NCBI GenBank assembly: GCA_963555825.3
Contig: CAUVXB020000001.1
Coordinates: forward strand, 896,001 to 960,000
DNA from: Alphaproteobacteria bacterium
GTDB lineage: Bacteria > Pseudomonadota > Alphaproteobacteria > JAAXGF01
Direction of reading: 5' to 3'
DNA length: 64,000 nucleotides
Under the pieces are notes generated by a model that was not told the origin of the DNA, made no database searches, and was given only the letters and a program-made list of their open reading frames with translations. Below, piece by piece: positions 34,248 through 43,944 of this stretch. Position 1 is the stretch's first letter; the number at the start of each line of letters is the position of its first letter. Position numbers and translations under genes: made by a program.

Positions 34248-36114
34248 ATGGTTTGGGATGAGCTGCTGCAACTTGTCATCGCGGCGGGCGCACTCGGCAC
34301 CGCTGCATTCGGTATCGTCGAAGGGTCGAAATGGACCTCCGTCGGCGTATGGGGTTCGGTAAAATCGGAAAGACGCTAGTGTCCCGATTCCGAAGTTCGC
34401 ATGATTTTCGCCTGCTGTTCAGCGATTTCGATTGTTCGGAGGCAGAAGCGCTGGATGGCGCCGAGGATGTCATCGGCGGATTTGGTCCATTCGGCGGATT
34501 TGGTCCATCCACGAAGAAGGGATCGCTGGAAGGGTTTGGGGTTCTGGTTTGTCGTGTCGATGTAGTCGAGGATGGTGCGCTCCAACTCCTTGGTGGAGCG
34601 ATGGACGCCGCGCCTGATCTGCTTGTCGGTCAGCAGCCCGAACCAGCGCTCGACCTGGTTCAGCCAGGAGGCGCTGGTGGGTGTGAAATGGGCCTGCCAG
34701 CGCGGCCGTTTGGCGAACCAGTCGCGGATCGCCTTGGTCTTGTGGGTCCCGTAGTTGTCCATGACGATGTGGATGTCGAGATCAGCAGGGACGTTCGCCT
34801 CGACGAGGTCGAGGAATTTGCGGAACTCTCGGGCCCGATGGCGCGGGAAACATTTGCCGATGATCTCTCCCGTGGCGATGTCGAGGGCCGCGAAGAGAGA
34901 GGTCGTGCCGTGGCGCTTGTAGTCGTGGCTGCGCCGCTCCGCCTGCCCGGGGCGCATCGGCAAGAGGGGCTGGGAACGGTCCAGGGCCTGGATCTGGCTC
35001 TTTTCGTCGACACAGAGAACCAGGGCACGATCCGGCGGCGCCAAATACAGACCGACGATGTCGCGGACCTTCTCCACGAAGAAGGGATCGCTCGACAGCT
35101 TGAAGGTCTCCGAGCGATGCGGCTGCAAGCCGAAGGCCCGCCAGATGCGATGAATGGTCGAGGGCGCGTGGCCGCTCGCCCGCGCCATCGAGCGAAGGCT
35201 CCAATGGGTCGCGTCCGGCGGCGTCTCTTCCAGCGTCAGCCGGACCGCTTCCGCGATGGCGTCATCGCCGATTTGACGCGGCGCGCCGGGGCGGGGTTCG
35301 TCGTACAGACCGTCGAGGCCCTCCGCCGCATAGCGGCGACGCCACTTGCCCACGGTGTCCGCGCTCGCCTCGAGACGAACGGCGATCTCCTTGTTCTCCA
35401 ACCCTTCCGCCGCCGCCAAGACGATCCGAGCCCGCCGCGCAAGCCCCTGCGACGTCTTGCGACGACGAGACAGCGCCTCCAATTCGGCGCGCTCGTCATC
35501 GCTCAAAGAGATCGTCACCGCCACTCTCGCCATCAATCGCGCCTCCTAAAAACAAATAGAGACATAATCATATCAATTTATCGATCAGGACACTAGGCCC
35601 GCTCATGGACGCGCTCAAGGTCGCCTATGGTCCCGATTATTTGGACCTACTCAAAGGGCAGTATAGGAAGGGACGGCCGAAAGGTGGTCTGGGAAAGACG
35701 ATTCGCCAAGGCGTGAGAATCGGACTCACGCAAGAGAACGCGGCGGCGATGGCGAAGCATGTCGGCGTCGTGGCGGAAGCAGACCTGGAGGCGGCGGCGA
35801 AACAGCTTCAAGAACAGGGGAAACTCGAGGAAAATCTGCGCAACATTCTGGGTAGATTCGAACTGGCAGTGGACGCGAGAATCGACGCGGCGTTGGCGTT
35901 GGCGAAAAGCCAATATGTGGGCTATGTCCGGATGCTTGCCTCTGCGGTGGCTGTAGGATTGGCGTTGATCGCGGCGCTATTTCTTCAGCCTGATAAAGCT
36001 GGATTTATCACAGCGATCATCGTCGGCATTGCCGCGATACCGCTGGCACCTATCGCAAAGGATGTCGCGAAAGGCCTCCGGGTGGCCGGCGAAGCGATCC
36101 GAACGAAGAAATGA
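34248..36114 (+). pseudogene. Membrane protein gene split by IS630
   Basis: AGGAGG RBS; MVWDELLQLVIAAGALGTAAFGIVEG..KTL|GPLMDALK.. rejoins at CTAG (also needs one G near 34352); C-terminal TM pair. Confidence 0.72.
34377..35595 (-). mobile_element. IS630-family element, copy 2 (transposase 34376-35536), 36 bp longer than copy 1
   Basis: Same ends and translation as copy 1 except for an insertion near 34490-34530. Confidence 0.92.
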
Positions 36115-36947
36115 GGTACGTGCTGGACTTCCGCGGAAATGCGGTCGGTGGTCCGGTCGTTCCGGGAAAGCTTGTCCAGGTTTCCGATCAGGTTACCGGA
36201 CCGGAGGCCGATGCCAACCTGCGGGCGGAACCGAAGGTCACATTCCTGCTGCATGGCTTCAACGTGAACCGCGAGGAGGGCCGAACAGGCCTTCTCAACC
36301 TCGCGGATCGTCTTCCGTTCGCCGGTAATGGTGCTGTCGTCGCGACGCTCTGGCCAGGCGACCACTGGGTGGGTTTTGCGAGTTTTCCGTTTGAGGGGAA
36401 CGATGCCGACGATACCGCCGTCGAGCTGGCCCAATTCATCACCGACGTCATCGATCCCGAAACACCGATTTCCTTCGTGACCCATAGCCTGGGCGCGAGA
36501 GTTGCGATGGAAACGGTCGAAATCCTGTTGGTCGAGGAGTTTCCAGTCGCTCAAGTCTGCTTGATGGCGGCGGCGATCGACGACTACAGCGTAAGCTCTG
36601 AACAGGATTACCGTGCGGCAGCCGAACATTCGGCGCGTGTAGCGGTGCTTTCGTCGCGGGAGGACGAGGTGCTCAAATACGCCTATCCGGCCCGCGATTT
36701 GCTTGAATCATTCGTCTTTTTCTGGCGCGACTCATTTGGCTTGGCGCTTGGCTACCATGGTCCCAAACCATCTGACGAAACGGATGGCGCGGTGCCTGAC
36801 AACGTCATGCACGAAGCCATTCCCAATGCCAAGAATTCGAATCATGGCGACTACATTCCCGATCCGCTGCCGAACGCAAACCAGCGATCGGCGGCCGGTT
36901 TCGCCAACGACGTGATCGCCGGCGACCCGATGCCCAGATACCGCTGA
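36111..36947 (+). CDS. Alpha/beta hydrolase (DUF900-like)
   Basis: LLHGFNV, THSLGAR nucleophile elbow, LMAAA, D.VL, HGDY; ATGA overlap with the upstream gene. Confidence 0.85.
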   Translation: MRYVLDFRGNAVGGPVVPGKLVQVSDQVTGPEADANLRAEPKVTFLLHGFNVNREEGRTGLLNLADRLPFAGNGAVVATLWPGDHWVGFASFPFEGNDADDTAVELAQFITDVIDPETPISFVTHSLGARVAMETVEILLVEEFPVAQVCLMAAAIDDYSVSSEQDYRAAAEHSARVAVLSSREDEVLKYAYPARDLLESFVFFWRDSFGLALGYHGPKPSDETDGAVPDNVMHEAIPNAKNSNHGDYIPDPLPNANQRSAAGFANDVIAGDPMPRYR

Positions 36948-37007
36948 AGGGGATGTCGCACCCAGACGGCGGGGCTCGACCGCGTAGCGTCAACGCCGCG
37001 ACCCTCG

Positions 37008-37333
37008 TTAGATGTCGAGCAGATGGCTCTCGGCGTCGGCGTCGAAGGACCGCCCGGCGGGCTGCTCGAGCCGGTCGCGTGGCCGGTATTGTTGACCACC
37101 GCGTCGATCCGCCCATGCGTCTCCATGGCCGTCGCGACGAGCCGCTCGAGATCGGGGTTCTCGGTGACCGAGCCCTGGACGGCCGTGGCGCCGAGCGCCT
37201 CGGCGACGGCGGCGGCCGAGGCGCCGCGCGACATCAGCACCAGGGCGTGGCCGCGCGCCGCTAGTGCGCGCGCGCAGGCCGCGCCGATGCCGCCGCCCGC
37301 GGCGGTCACGATGGCGACGGGTTGTGAACTCAT
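37008..37333 (-). pseudogene. Truncated 5' duplicate of the SDR gene at 33218-33964
   Basis: 37011-37336 is nearly identical to 33641-33967 and stops after HLLDI. Confidence 0.88.
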
Positions 37334-37342
37334 GAGCGCCTC

Positions 37343-38326
37343 CTAGAGGTCGAAGATCGCCCGCGCGTTGGTTTCGCGGACGGCGGCGCGCGTCGCGGCC
37401 GGCAGGGCGTCGACGCGCGCCAGGCAGCCGGCCATGTCGCCGATGTCGTGCGGGTAGTCCGAGCCGTAGAGCACCTTGTCGGCGCCGCCGACCTCGATGC
37501 ACAGCTCGAGCGAGCCCTGGTTGTAGGTCACCGCGTCGTACCAGATGCGCCGCAGATAGTCCGATGGCGGGATCGAGATCGCCTCGCGGCCGGGGATCGT
37601 CATCTGCCACGAGCGGTCGAGCCGGCCGGCCAGATAGGGCAGCGTCGCGCCGGCGTGCGAGGCGATAATCTTGAGCTTCGGGTAGCGGTCGAGGAAGCCC
37701 GAGAAGATCATCCTCGTGATCGCCAGCGTGGTGTCGAACATGAAGCCGACGGTCGAGGCCAGGCTGTACTTGGTCATGTCCATGTCGGGCGTGCCGGGCG
37801 GCTCGGACGGGTGCACCAGCACGGGCAACGCGCGGTCGTCGATGGCCTGCCAGATCGGTCCGAAGGCGTCCTCGGTCAAATGCCGGCCGGCGACGTTGGC
37901 CATCACCATGACGCCGACCGCGCCGGCGTCGCAGGCGCGCGCCAGCTCGTCGACCGCTTGCGCCGGATACTCCCACGGCAGCGAGGCGAGAAAGCGGATG
38001 CGCTCGGGATAGGCGGTCTGGGCGGCGGCCATCGAATCATTGACCACCCGCGCGGCCCGCAGGCTGACGTCGGCGCCGCCCCAATAGACGTTGGGGCAGG
38101 TCAGCGAGACGATCGCGAGATCGACGCCCGCCGCGTCCATGTCGGCGAGCCTGAGGTCGTAGTCGAAGTGGCCCGGCATCGGCGTCATGAACAGCGCGCC
38201 GTCGCGGTAGATGCCCTCGAGGCCCTCGGCGATCGGCCCGACGCCATAGCGCGGCGCGCCGTGATCGCGCAGCAGGCGCAGCCATTCCCGGTCCAGCATA
38301 TGCGTGTGAACGTCGATCACCGTCAT
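37343..38326 (-). CDS. Amidohydrolase family 2 (ACMSD-like decarboxylase)
   Basis: IDVHTH, LVHP, SHAGATLPYL, YGSDYPH. Confidence 0.9.
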   Translation of the reverse strand: MTVIDVHTHMLDREWLRLLRDHGAPRYGVGPIAEGLEGIYRDGALFMTPMPGHFDYDLRLADMDAAGVDLAIVSLTCPNVYWGGADVSLRAARVVNDSMAAAQTAYPERIRFLASLPWEYPAQAVDELARACDAGAVGVMVMANVAGRHLTEDAFGPIWQAIDDRALPVLVHPSEPPGTPDMDMTKYSLASTVGFMFDTTLAITRMIFSGFLDRYPKLKIIASHAGATLPYLAGRLDRSWQMTIPGREAISIPPSDYLRRIWYDAVTYNQGSLELCIEVGGADKVLYGSDYPHDIGDMAGCLARVDALPAATRAAVRETNARAIFDL

Positions 38327-38681
38327 CTCTCAACTCCCCTTGGTTGCCACGGCCCGCTGCCACAATCCCCGAGAAAAGAGGCCCCGCGTCGAGCGGGACC
38401 CCAATAAACGAGCAAAATTATGCGAGACAATTCGGCGCGGTCAGGAGCCGGCCTTGATCTCGTCGAACAGACGGATGTGCTGTTCCTTGAGCTCGGGCGG
38501 CACGTAATCGTACGCGTGCGATCCATCGTTCGACACTCTGCCTCGCCACGGGTGTCCCCCAGGTACGGATAGCTTATCGGTATCAGTCTAGGAGAGGAGG
38601 ATGGCGGAGTCTAACGGTGCCGTGTCGATGACGGCCTTGGCCAAAAGCAGGCAGTGCGGGGTCTGCTTCAAGCGGGCCAAA

Positions 38682-38904
38682 GAAGAAGTCGAAGGCGCTC
38701 TCGGCATCCTTCCTGGTTTCGGCCATCCAGATGTCTTGCAGGCGCCCCTTGGCTTTCTTTTGCGGGGATCTGCTTCCCCAGGAGCGCCGCCAAGGCTTCC
38801 CCGCAAAAGGCTAGCGCGGCAGGATCGCCGACGTGAAGCGGATGGCGCCGTCCCCCCGGTCCCGCACACGGGGTTGGCGCACGCTCACCGGGCCGATCCC
38901 GGTC
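38682..38904 (-). other. Patchwork of IS256 fragments identical to parts of 48209-48911
   Basis: 82-, 28- and 93-bp exact colinear matches. Confidence 0.85.
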
Positions 38905-38950
38905 GGAAGCGGACGCTGTGCGCCGACCTCGCCGACGTCTGCTGCTGACC

Positions 38951-39107
38951 CAGCCTGTGTGAAAACGCCGGCAAATCCCACTAACAGGAGAGTGTTCGGT
39001 CAATTCTTCGAAGGTGTCCTCTGATAAGATATTGATTTTGTTGAGTTTAGAAATTCGAGAATTCAGAGAAAATCGTGCCGATAGCGCTCGGGGGCGGTTT
39101 TTACACA
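38951..39107. mobile_element. IS1182-type MITE whose right TIR is split by the IS110 element (remainder GCCTG at 40627-40631)
   Basis: Left CAGCCTGTGTGAAAAC; reconstructed right GTTTTTACACA|GCCTG; GACC repeated outside both ends. Confidence 0.7.
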
Positions 39108-39199
39108 TGGCGTAACTCGGGGATCGGGCACTGCTCTCCTTAATGTAGCAACGACCGGCATGGGCCGGGCGAGCACACTGAAAGAGCAGGAGAGCAGCT

Positions 39200-40265
39200 A
39201 TGGAACTGTATGTTGGAATGGATGTATCGCTCAAGGAGACCTCGATACGCCGCCTTCATTTCAACGCCGTACACAAGATTCTGCGTGGTCGATGACAACG
39301 GCGAGATCGTGTCCGAGGGCGTGGTGATCTCGGAGCCGGCGGCAATCGCGGCGTATATCAGGACAACGGCGCCGCACGCAAAGCGCATCGGTCTGGAGAC
39401 CGGTCCGACGACGACCTGGCTGTGGCATGAGCTCAGGGCGCTCGGCTTGCCGGTGATCTGCATCGATGCGCGTCATGCCAAGGCGGCGCTGTCGATGCAG
39501 ATCAACAAGAGCGACCGGAACGATGCCGCCGGGATCGCGCGGATCATGCAGTGCGGTTGGTACAAGGAGGTCCAAGTCAAGAGCGTGGCGTGCCACGAGA
39601 TACGGGCCGTCCTGAACAGCCGGGCCCAGTTGGTCAAGATCAAGCGTGATCTCGAGAACCAGATCCGTGGCTTGCTCAAGAACCTCGGCCTCGTCATCGG
39701 CAAGGCGGGCGGCAATGTCTTCCGTCGCCGGGTCGAAGAGCTGCTTGGCGGGCAGGGTCTTTTGTCGGAGGCCGTTCGGCCCCTTCTGGAAGTCCGCGAG
39801 AAGGTCGGCCGAGAGATCGCCGCGCTCTATCGCAAGCTGCTGGGCCTGGCGCGGAACGACGAGGACAGCAGACGTTCCATGACGGTTCCAGGCATCGGGC
39901 CGATCACCGCCTTGGCCTTCCACTCGGCGATCGACGAGCCGAGCCGCTTCCGACGTTCCCGGAGTGTCGGCGCGTACATCGGGCTGACGCCGCGCCGCCA
40001 TGCTTCCGGCGAGGTCGATTGGACGGGGCGGATCTCCAAATGCGGCGATCGAATGCTCAGGACCTACCTCTTCGAGGCGGCCGGCGTGCTGCTCACCCGG
40101 GTGCCGCGATGGTGCGCGCTCAAGGCCTGGGGTCACAGGTTGTGGAAACGCATCGGCTTCAAGAAGGCCAAGATCGCCGTGGCACGGAAGCTGGCGGTCA
40201 TCCTCCATCGCATGTGGCGTGATGGAACGGACTTCATCTGGTCAACCAAGGAGGCGGCCGCATAG
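39200..40265 (+). CDS. IS110 DEDD transposase/bridge recombinase, frameshifted by a 34-bp insert at 39247-39280
   Basis: MELYVGMDVSLKETSI|CVVD, IGLETG, KSDRNDA, PGIGPITA, HASGE, AVARKLA. Confidence 0.9.
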
Positions 40266-40500
40266 GGAAACAACGTCCAAGCATTCCGCGAGAGCGGAAC
40301 CGATGTCCCTGTCGGGACGGCGGCGTCGGCGAGATCGATCCAGGCTTTGCGATGCCTCACCGAGGCAAGCGCGCTTCACACATTGATCCGCCAACGTCCT
40401 CCAACGCCATCATGCGGAGGGCCGAGCCCCTACCGCGGAGAGAACAGTGAACCCGGCAGGTACGTCACGGAGAGCTTGACAACCAACCCCCGAGTTAGAG
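40266..40500 (+). ncRNA. Putative bridge/seek RNA of IS1111 #1 (boundaries approximate)
   Basis: Four 7-8-nt segments match the target flanks and the element ends (see findings). Confidence 0.72.
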
Positions 40501-40624
40501 AACATTGATCCGCCAACGTCCTCCAACGCCATCATGCGGAGGGCCGAGCCCCTACCGCGGAGAGAACAGTGAACCCGGCAGGTACGTCACGGAGAGCTTG
40601 ACAACCAACCCCCGAGTTAGAGAA
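40381..40624 (+). repeat. Exact 122-bp tandem duplication of the IS1111 donor-loop region and right end
   Basis: 40381-40502 = 40503-40624. Confidence 0.95.
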
Positions 40625-40748
40625 CAGCCTGGACCCTATGCGGACATAAGACGTTCTGGGACCGCGTGCCTAATGTCGCCGCCATGACGGCGATTGATCC
40701 CGTAGCATCCCTGTCGCCCGACAGGACGGGCGTGTGCTGCGCGGGTCG

Positions 40749-40855
40749 AAGTGCGGACCACAGTCTTTCGTGACAGCTCGGGACCGAATACGCGGTCGGA
40801 TGCCCATTCCGCTGTCATTGTTGGCGGTTGTGAGAAGCCATCTGGGGAATTCCGG
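40749..40855 (+). repeat. 107-bp segment homologous to 49786-49892 (inverted); probable IS1380-type 3' end remnant
   Basis: Shared TCGGATGCCCATTC..GAGAAGCCATCTGG.GAAT.CCGG; terminus resembles TATGGGGAATGTCGG at 1465-1479. Confidence 0.6.
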
Positions 40856-40928
40856 TTAAGACAGTGGCCTTCTCAACGACCGGCGTTCAAGATAGTACAA
40901 ACCCAATCGAATTGTGGCCACCCGTGTC

Positions 40929-42461
40929 ATGGCTGAAGCTACCGTGAACGCCGAACCGCAACATCCCGACCGGTTGACCCTGCGCGGTATGATGATTGCG
41001 CTGTGCGCGACCGTCAGCACTGGGGCCTACGCCTTCACATGGAATTCGGTGGGCGTCGCCCTGCCACGGATGCAGGGCAGCTTCTCGGCGACCACCGATC
41101 AGATCACCTGGGTCGCCATATCGTTCGTCATCGGCAGCGCCATGATGACCGGCTGCATCGGCTGGTTCAGCTCCCGGTTCGGGCGCAAGCAGTTGTTTAT
41201 GTTCTCCATCGCCGGTTATGTGGTGAGCCTGCTGGGCTGCGCCTCGGCCACGACGTTGGGCGAGGAGGTGGTGTGGCGGTTTCTCCAGGGCCTCCTCGGG
41301 GCGCCGATGATGCCGTTGGGTCAGGCCATCGCGGTCAACGCCTTTCCCGCCGACCGACACGCTCAGGCGACGTCGCTATGGGCGCTGGGCTTCGTTTCGG
41401 CCAACGTCTTCTCGCCGGTCATCGCCGGCGGACTGGTCGAGAATTACGGCTGGCCGTGGATCTATTATGTGACGGTGCCCGTCGGCATCGCTGTCTTCAT
41501 CGCCTCGTGGTTCCTGGTGCCGAACGAAGCCAAGGACCCGCGCCCGCTCGACTGGACCGGATTTCTCGCCCTGATCATCGGCGTCGCCACGTTGCAATTG
41601 ATGCTTGCCCGGGGCCAGCGCCTCGACTGGTTCGAGTCCAACGAGATCATCATCGAGGCGGTGGTCGCTGTCATCGCGATTCACGTCTTCATCGTTCATA
41701 CCATTACCGGCAAAAGCCCCTTCGTCGACCGCGCTCTGTTTCGCGACCGCAATTACGCCCTTGGCCAGGTGTTCATCTTCACCGTCGGCGCGGTAATGTT
41801 CCTGCCGCTCCTGTTGCTGCCGCTGCTGATGCAGCAGATCGCCGGCTATCCGCCCATCGAAACCGGCTATCTGCTGTTGCCCCGAGGCATCGGCTCGGTC
41901 CTCGGGCTGCTGGTCATGAGTCAGATGCGCGACCGCGTCGACCCGCGTCCGCTGATCTTCATGGGCCTCGCCACCATGGCCTGGTCGGCCTGGGACATGT
42001 CCCAGTGGACCGTCGAAGTTGGTAGGTGGGACATCGCCTTTCCCAATTTCATGCAGGGTTGCGCCGCCAGTTTTATATGGGCGCCGCTCAACAAGCTGGT
42101 GCTGTCGAACCTGGGCCGGCGATTTCAGGATCAGGGTTACGCGTTGTTCTATCTAAACTTCGATATAGGCAGCGCGCTCGGCACCGCCTCGATCATCGCG
42201 CTTCACGCCCGCCACAGCCAGATCAACCACGCCATCCTCAGCGAGTACGTCAATCCCTTCAACGATTGGTTCCGCATGGGCACCGGGTCGGGCGCCTGGT
42301 CACTGTCCGATAGCAGCAGTCTGGCCGCGATCGAGGTCGAGATCACCCGCCAGGCGACGATGATCTCCTACAACAACAGCTTCATGGTGATCGCCATTTC
42401 ACTGGCCGCGCTGATCCCCCTGATCCTGCTATTCCGCCACCGCCGGCCCAAGGGGCCTTGA
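40929..42461 (+). CDS. DHA2 (EmrB/QacA) MFS efflux permease
   Basis: VALPRMQGSFSATTDQITWV, RFGRK, RFLQG, LDWFES; about 14 TM segments. Confidence 0.93.
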   Translation: MAEATVNAEPQHPDRLTLRGMMIALCATVSTGAYAFTWNSVGVALPRMQGSFSATTDQITWVAISFVIGSAMMTGCIGWFSSRFGRKQLFMFSIAGYVVSLLGCASATTLGEEVVWRFLQGLLGAPMMPLGQAIAVNAFPADRHAQATSLWALGFVSANVFSPVIAGGLVENYGWPWIYYVTVPVGIAVFIASWFLVPNEAKDPRPLDWTGFLALIIGVATLQLMLARGQRLDWFESNEIIIEAVVAVIAIHVFIVHTITGKSPFVDRALFRDRNYALGQVFIFTVGAVMFLPLLLLPLLMQQIAGYPPIETGYLLLPRGIGSVLGLLVMSQMRDRVDPRPLIFMGLATMAWSAWDMSQWTVEVGRWDIAFPNFMQGCAASFIWAPLNKLVLSNLGRRFQDQGYALFYLNFDIGSALGTASIIALHARHSQINHAILSEYVNPFNDWFRMGTGSGAWSLSDSSSLAAIEVEITRQATMISYNNSFMVIAISLAALIPLILLFRHRRPKGP

Positions 42462-42544
42462 CACCATAGGCTAAGAAAAATGACCGTTAAGAGATGGGGT
42501 CACACGCAGCTCTCTCCCTCTCCCCGCTGCGTCTTTTCGTCTAC

Positions 42545-43822
42545 TCAGAAGAAGACATAAGATCGGACCACGATGTTCTTGCGGCAGGGAGCGTCGTCGG
42601 GCGCGGTTGGGTCGATGCAGGCAGTGTGGAAAGACCAGCGCGAGACGGAGCCGTCGGTGACAGAGTCATAGCACTTGAGCATCGAGACCTCGGTGGGCTT
42701 CTGCTCGGGAAACCAGTACCACTCGTGGTCGGGGCGGTGGGTGAAGCGGGTGGTCTCGCCGACGCGGTCGTCGTAGACCCGGTAGTTGGTGATGTACGGC
42801 TGGTCGGCGAAAGAGGGCCACGCGCAGAGCACGAAGGGGTTCTGGCGCACGGTCTCCATCGGCTTGGCGAGGTTGATCGACATGAACCGCCGCGACATCT
42901 TCGCGTCGGCCTGCTCCTCCGTGTAGTGCTGCTCGCGCCCGAAGTTTCGCAGGTTCTTCGTGAGCAGCTCGCGGCAGCGCACGCGGCCACTGTTGTCGTT
43001 CAGGTCGTTGTGCACGATGTTGGCGTATTCGACGTTTACACCCGGGTTCTTGTTGTCCTGGTCCTCCGTGCGGTCGCCTTTGTAGTCTTTGTTAAAGACG
43101 TCGTGGTTGTACACGAGCGCGTCTGTCGCGTCCGGGAAGGACGCCAAGAGGAGCTTCTCCATCTCCGGGTAGAAGACGCGCTCCACCTCCGCCGCGTCGT
43201 AGAAGTCCTCGCACTTGGACTCGCAGTGAGCCAACGCGACACCGAGCCTGTCCATGCACGCCGGGCTGTAGGGCGAGAGTCCTGGGTAGTATTCCTCCAT
43301 CCGTCGCGCGTCGCGCAACACCTGCGGAAAGTAGAGGCATCGCCGCCCGGTGTCCTCCTCGGCCTTGCGCAACGCCTTTGTCTCGGCCTCGCGCGCCGGG
43401 TCCCGCCAAAGTGCGTTGGACGACACGACGGAGTAGGACGGCTGCTCGTTGATGGTGTAGCGCAGCGGCAGCGCGACACCGCCTTCAGGGACTTCGATGT
43501 TGTTCGCCCGAATGTACTCCAAGCACTCATCGTAGCCACGAAACCCGACGCCCCACCTGGTTTCGATCGGGCCGGGGGGAGCGTTCTCGAGCATGTCGAT
43601 AACCGCCTGGCCCTTGCCCTCGGCAATCTGGATGAGCGCCGCCTCCGTCGCCGCGGCGGTTCCCGCATCCCCGCCCCGATCGAACGACATGTAGGATAAA
43701 CCTCCGTTCGCAGCGATGGGTGGTGGCTGCCCTTCTGTGAGTTGGAGGGGAGGCACATAGGCCGACGAAACTGTCGCCGCAACCGACGCAACGTGGTTCT
43801 CGATGACCTTGAGCCGGTCCAT
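42545..43822 (-). CDS. CmcJ/NvfI/AsaB-like oxidoreductase with N-terminal extension
   Basis: FYPEMEKLL, VHND, RFMSINL.KP, HEWYWFPEQ, LKCYDS, FHTA..DP..P.DAPCRKNIVVR. Confidence 0.72.
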   Translation of the reverse strand: MDRLKVIENHVASVAATVSSAYVPPLQLTEGQPPPIAANGGLSYMSFDRGGDAGTAAATEAALIQIAEGKGQAVIDMLENAPPGPIETRWGVGFRGYDECLEYIRANNIEVPEGGVALPLRYTINEQPSYSVVSSNALWRDPAREAETKALRKAEEDTGRRCLYFPQVLRDARRMEEYYPGLSPYSPACMDRLGVALAHCESKCEDFYDAAEVERVFYPEMEKLLLASFPDATDALVYNHDVFNKDYKGDRTEDQDNKNPGVNVEYANIVHNDLNDNSGRVRCRELLTKNLRNFGREQHYTEEQADAKMSRRFMSINLAKPMETVRQNPFVLCAWPSFADQPYITNYRVYDDRVGETTRFTHRPDHEWYWFPEQKPTEVSMLKCYDSVTDGSVSRWSFHTACIDPTAPDDAPCRKNIVVRSYVFF

Positions 43823-43944
43823 AGCATGCTCCCGGTTAAAAACACCCCATCGTGGCACACAGGGCTTGTATTTGTTAGGGCTTGTATTTCTTGGTCACAC
43901 GAACGTACGCCCGCCTGCCGCGCAGCCAATGTCCGAAAATGGGG

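Larger units (their letters stand above)
39108..40626 (+). mobile_element. IS110 family, IS1111-type element #1
   Basis: Sub-terminal IR TAACTCGGGG (39113-39122) and CCCCGAGTTA (40610-40619); CA core at both ends; long 3' non-coding region. Confidence 0.9.

Noticed and set aside
40640-40900. Group II intron or riboswitch upstream of the MFS gene
   Set aside because: No recognisable domain V/VI or aptamer consensus; better explained as an IS1380-like end remnant
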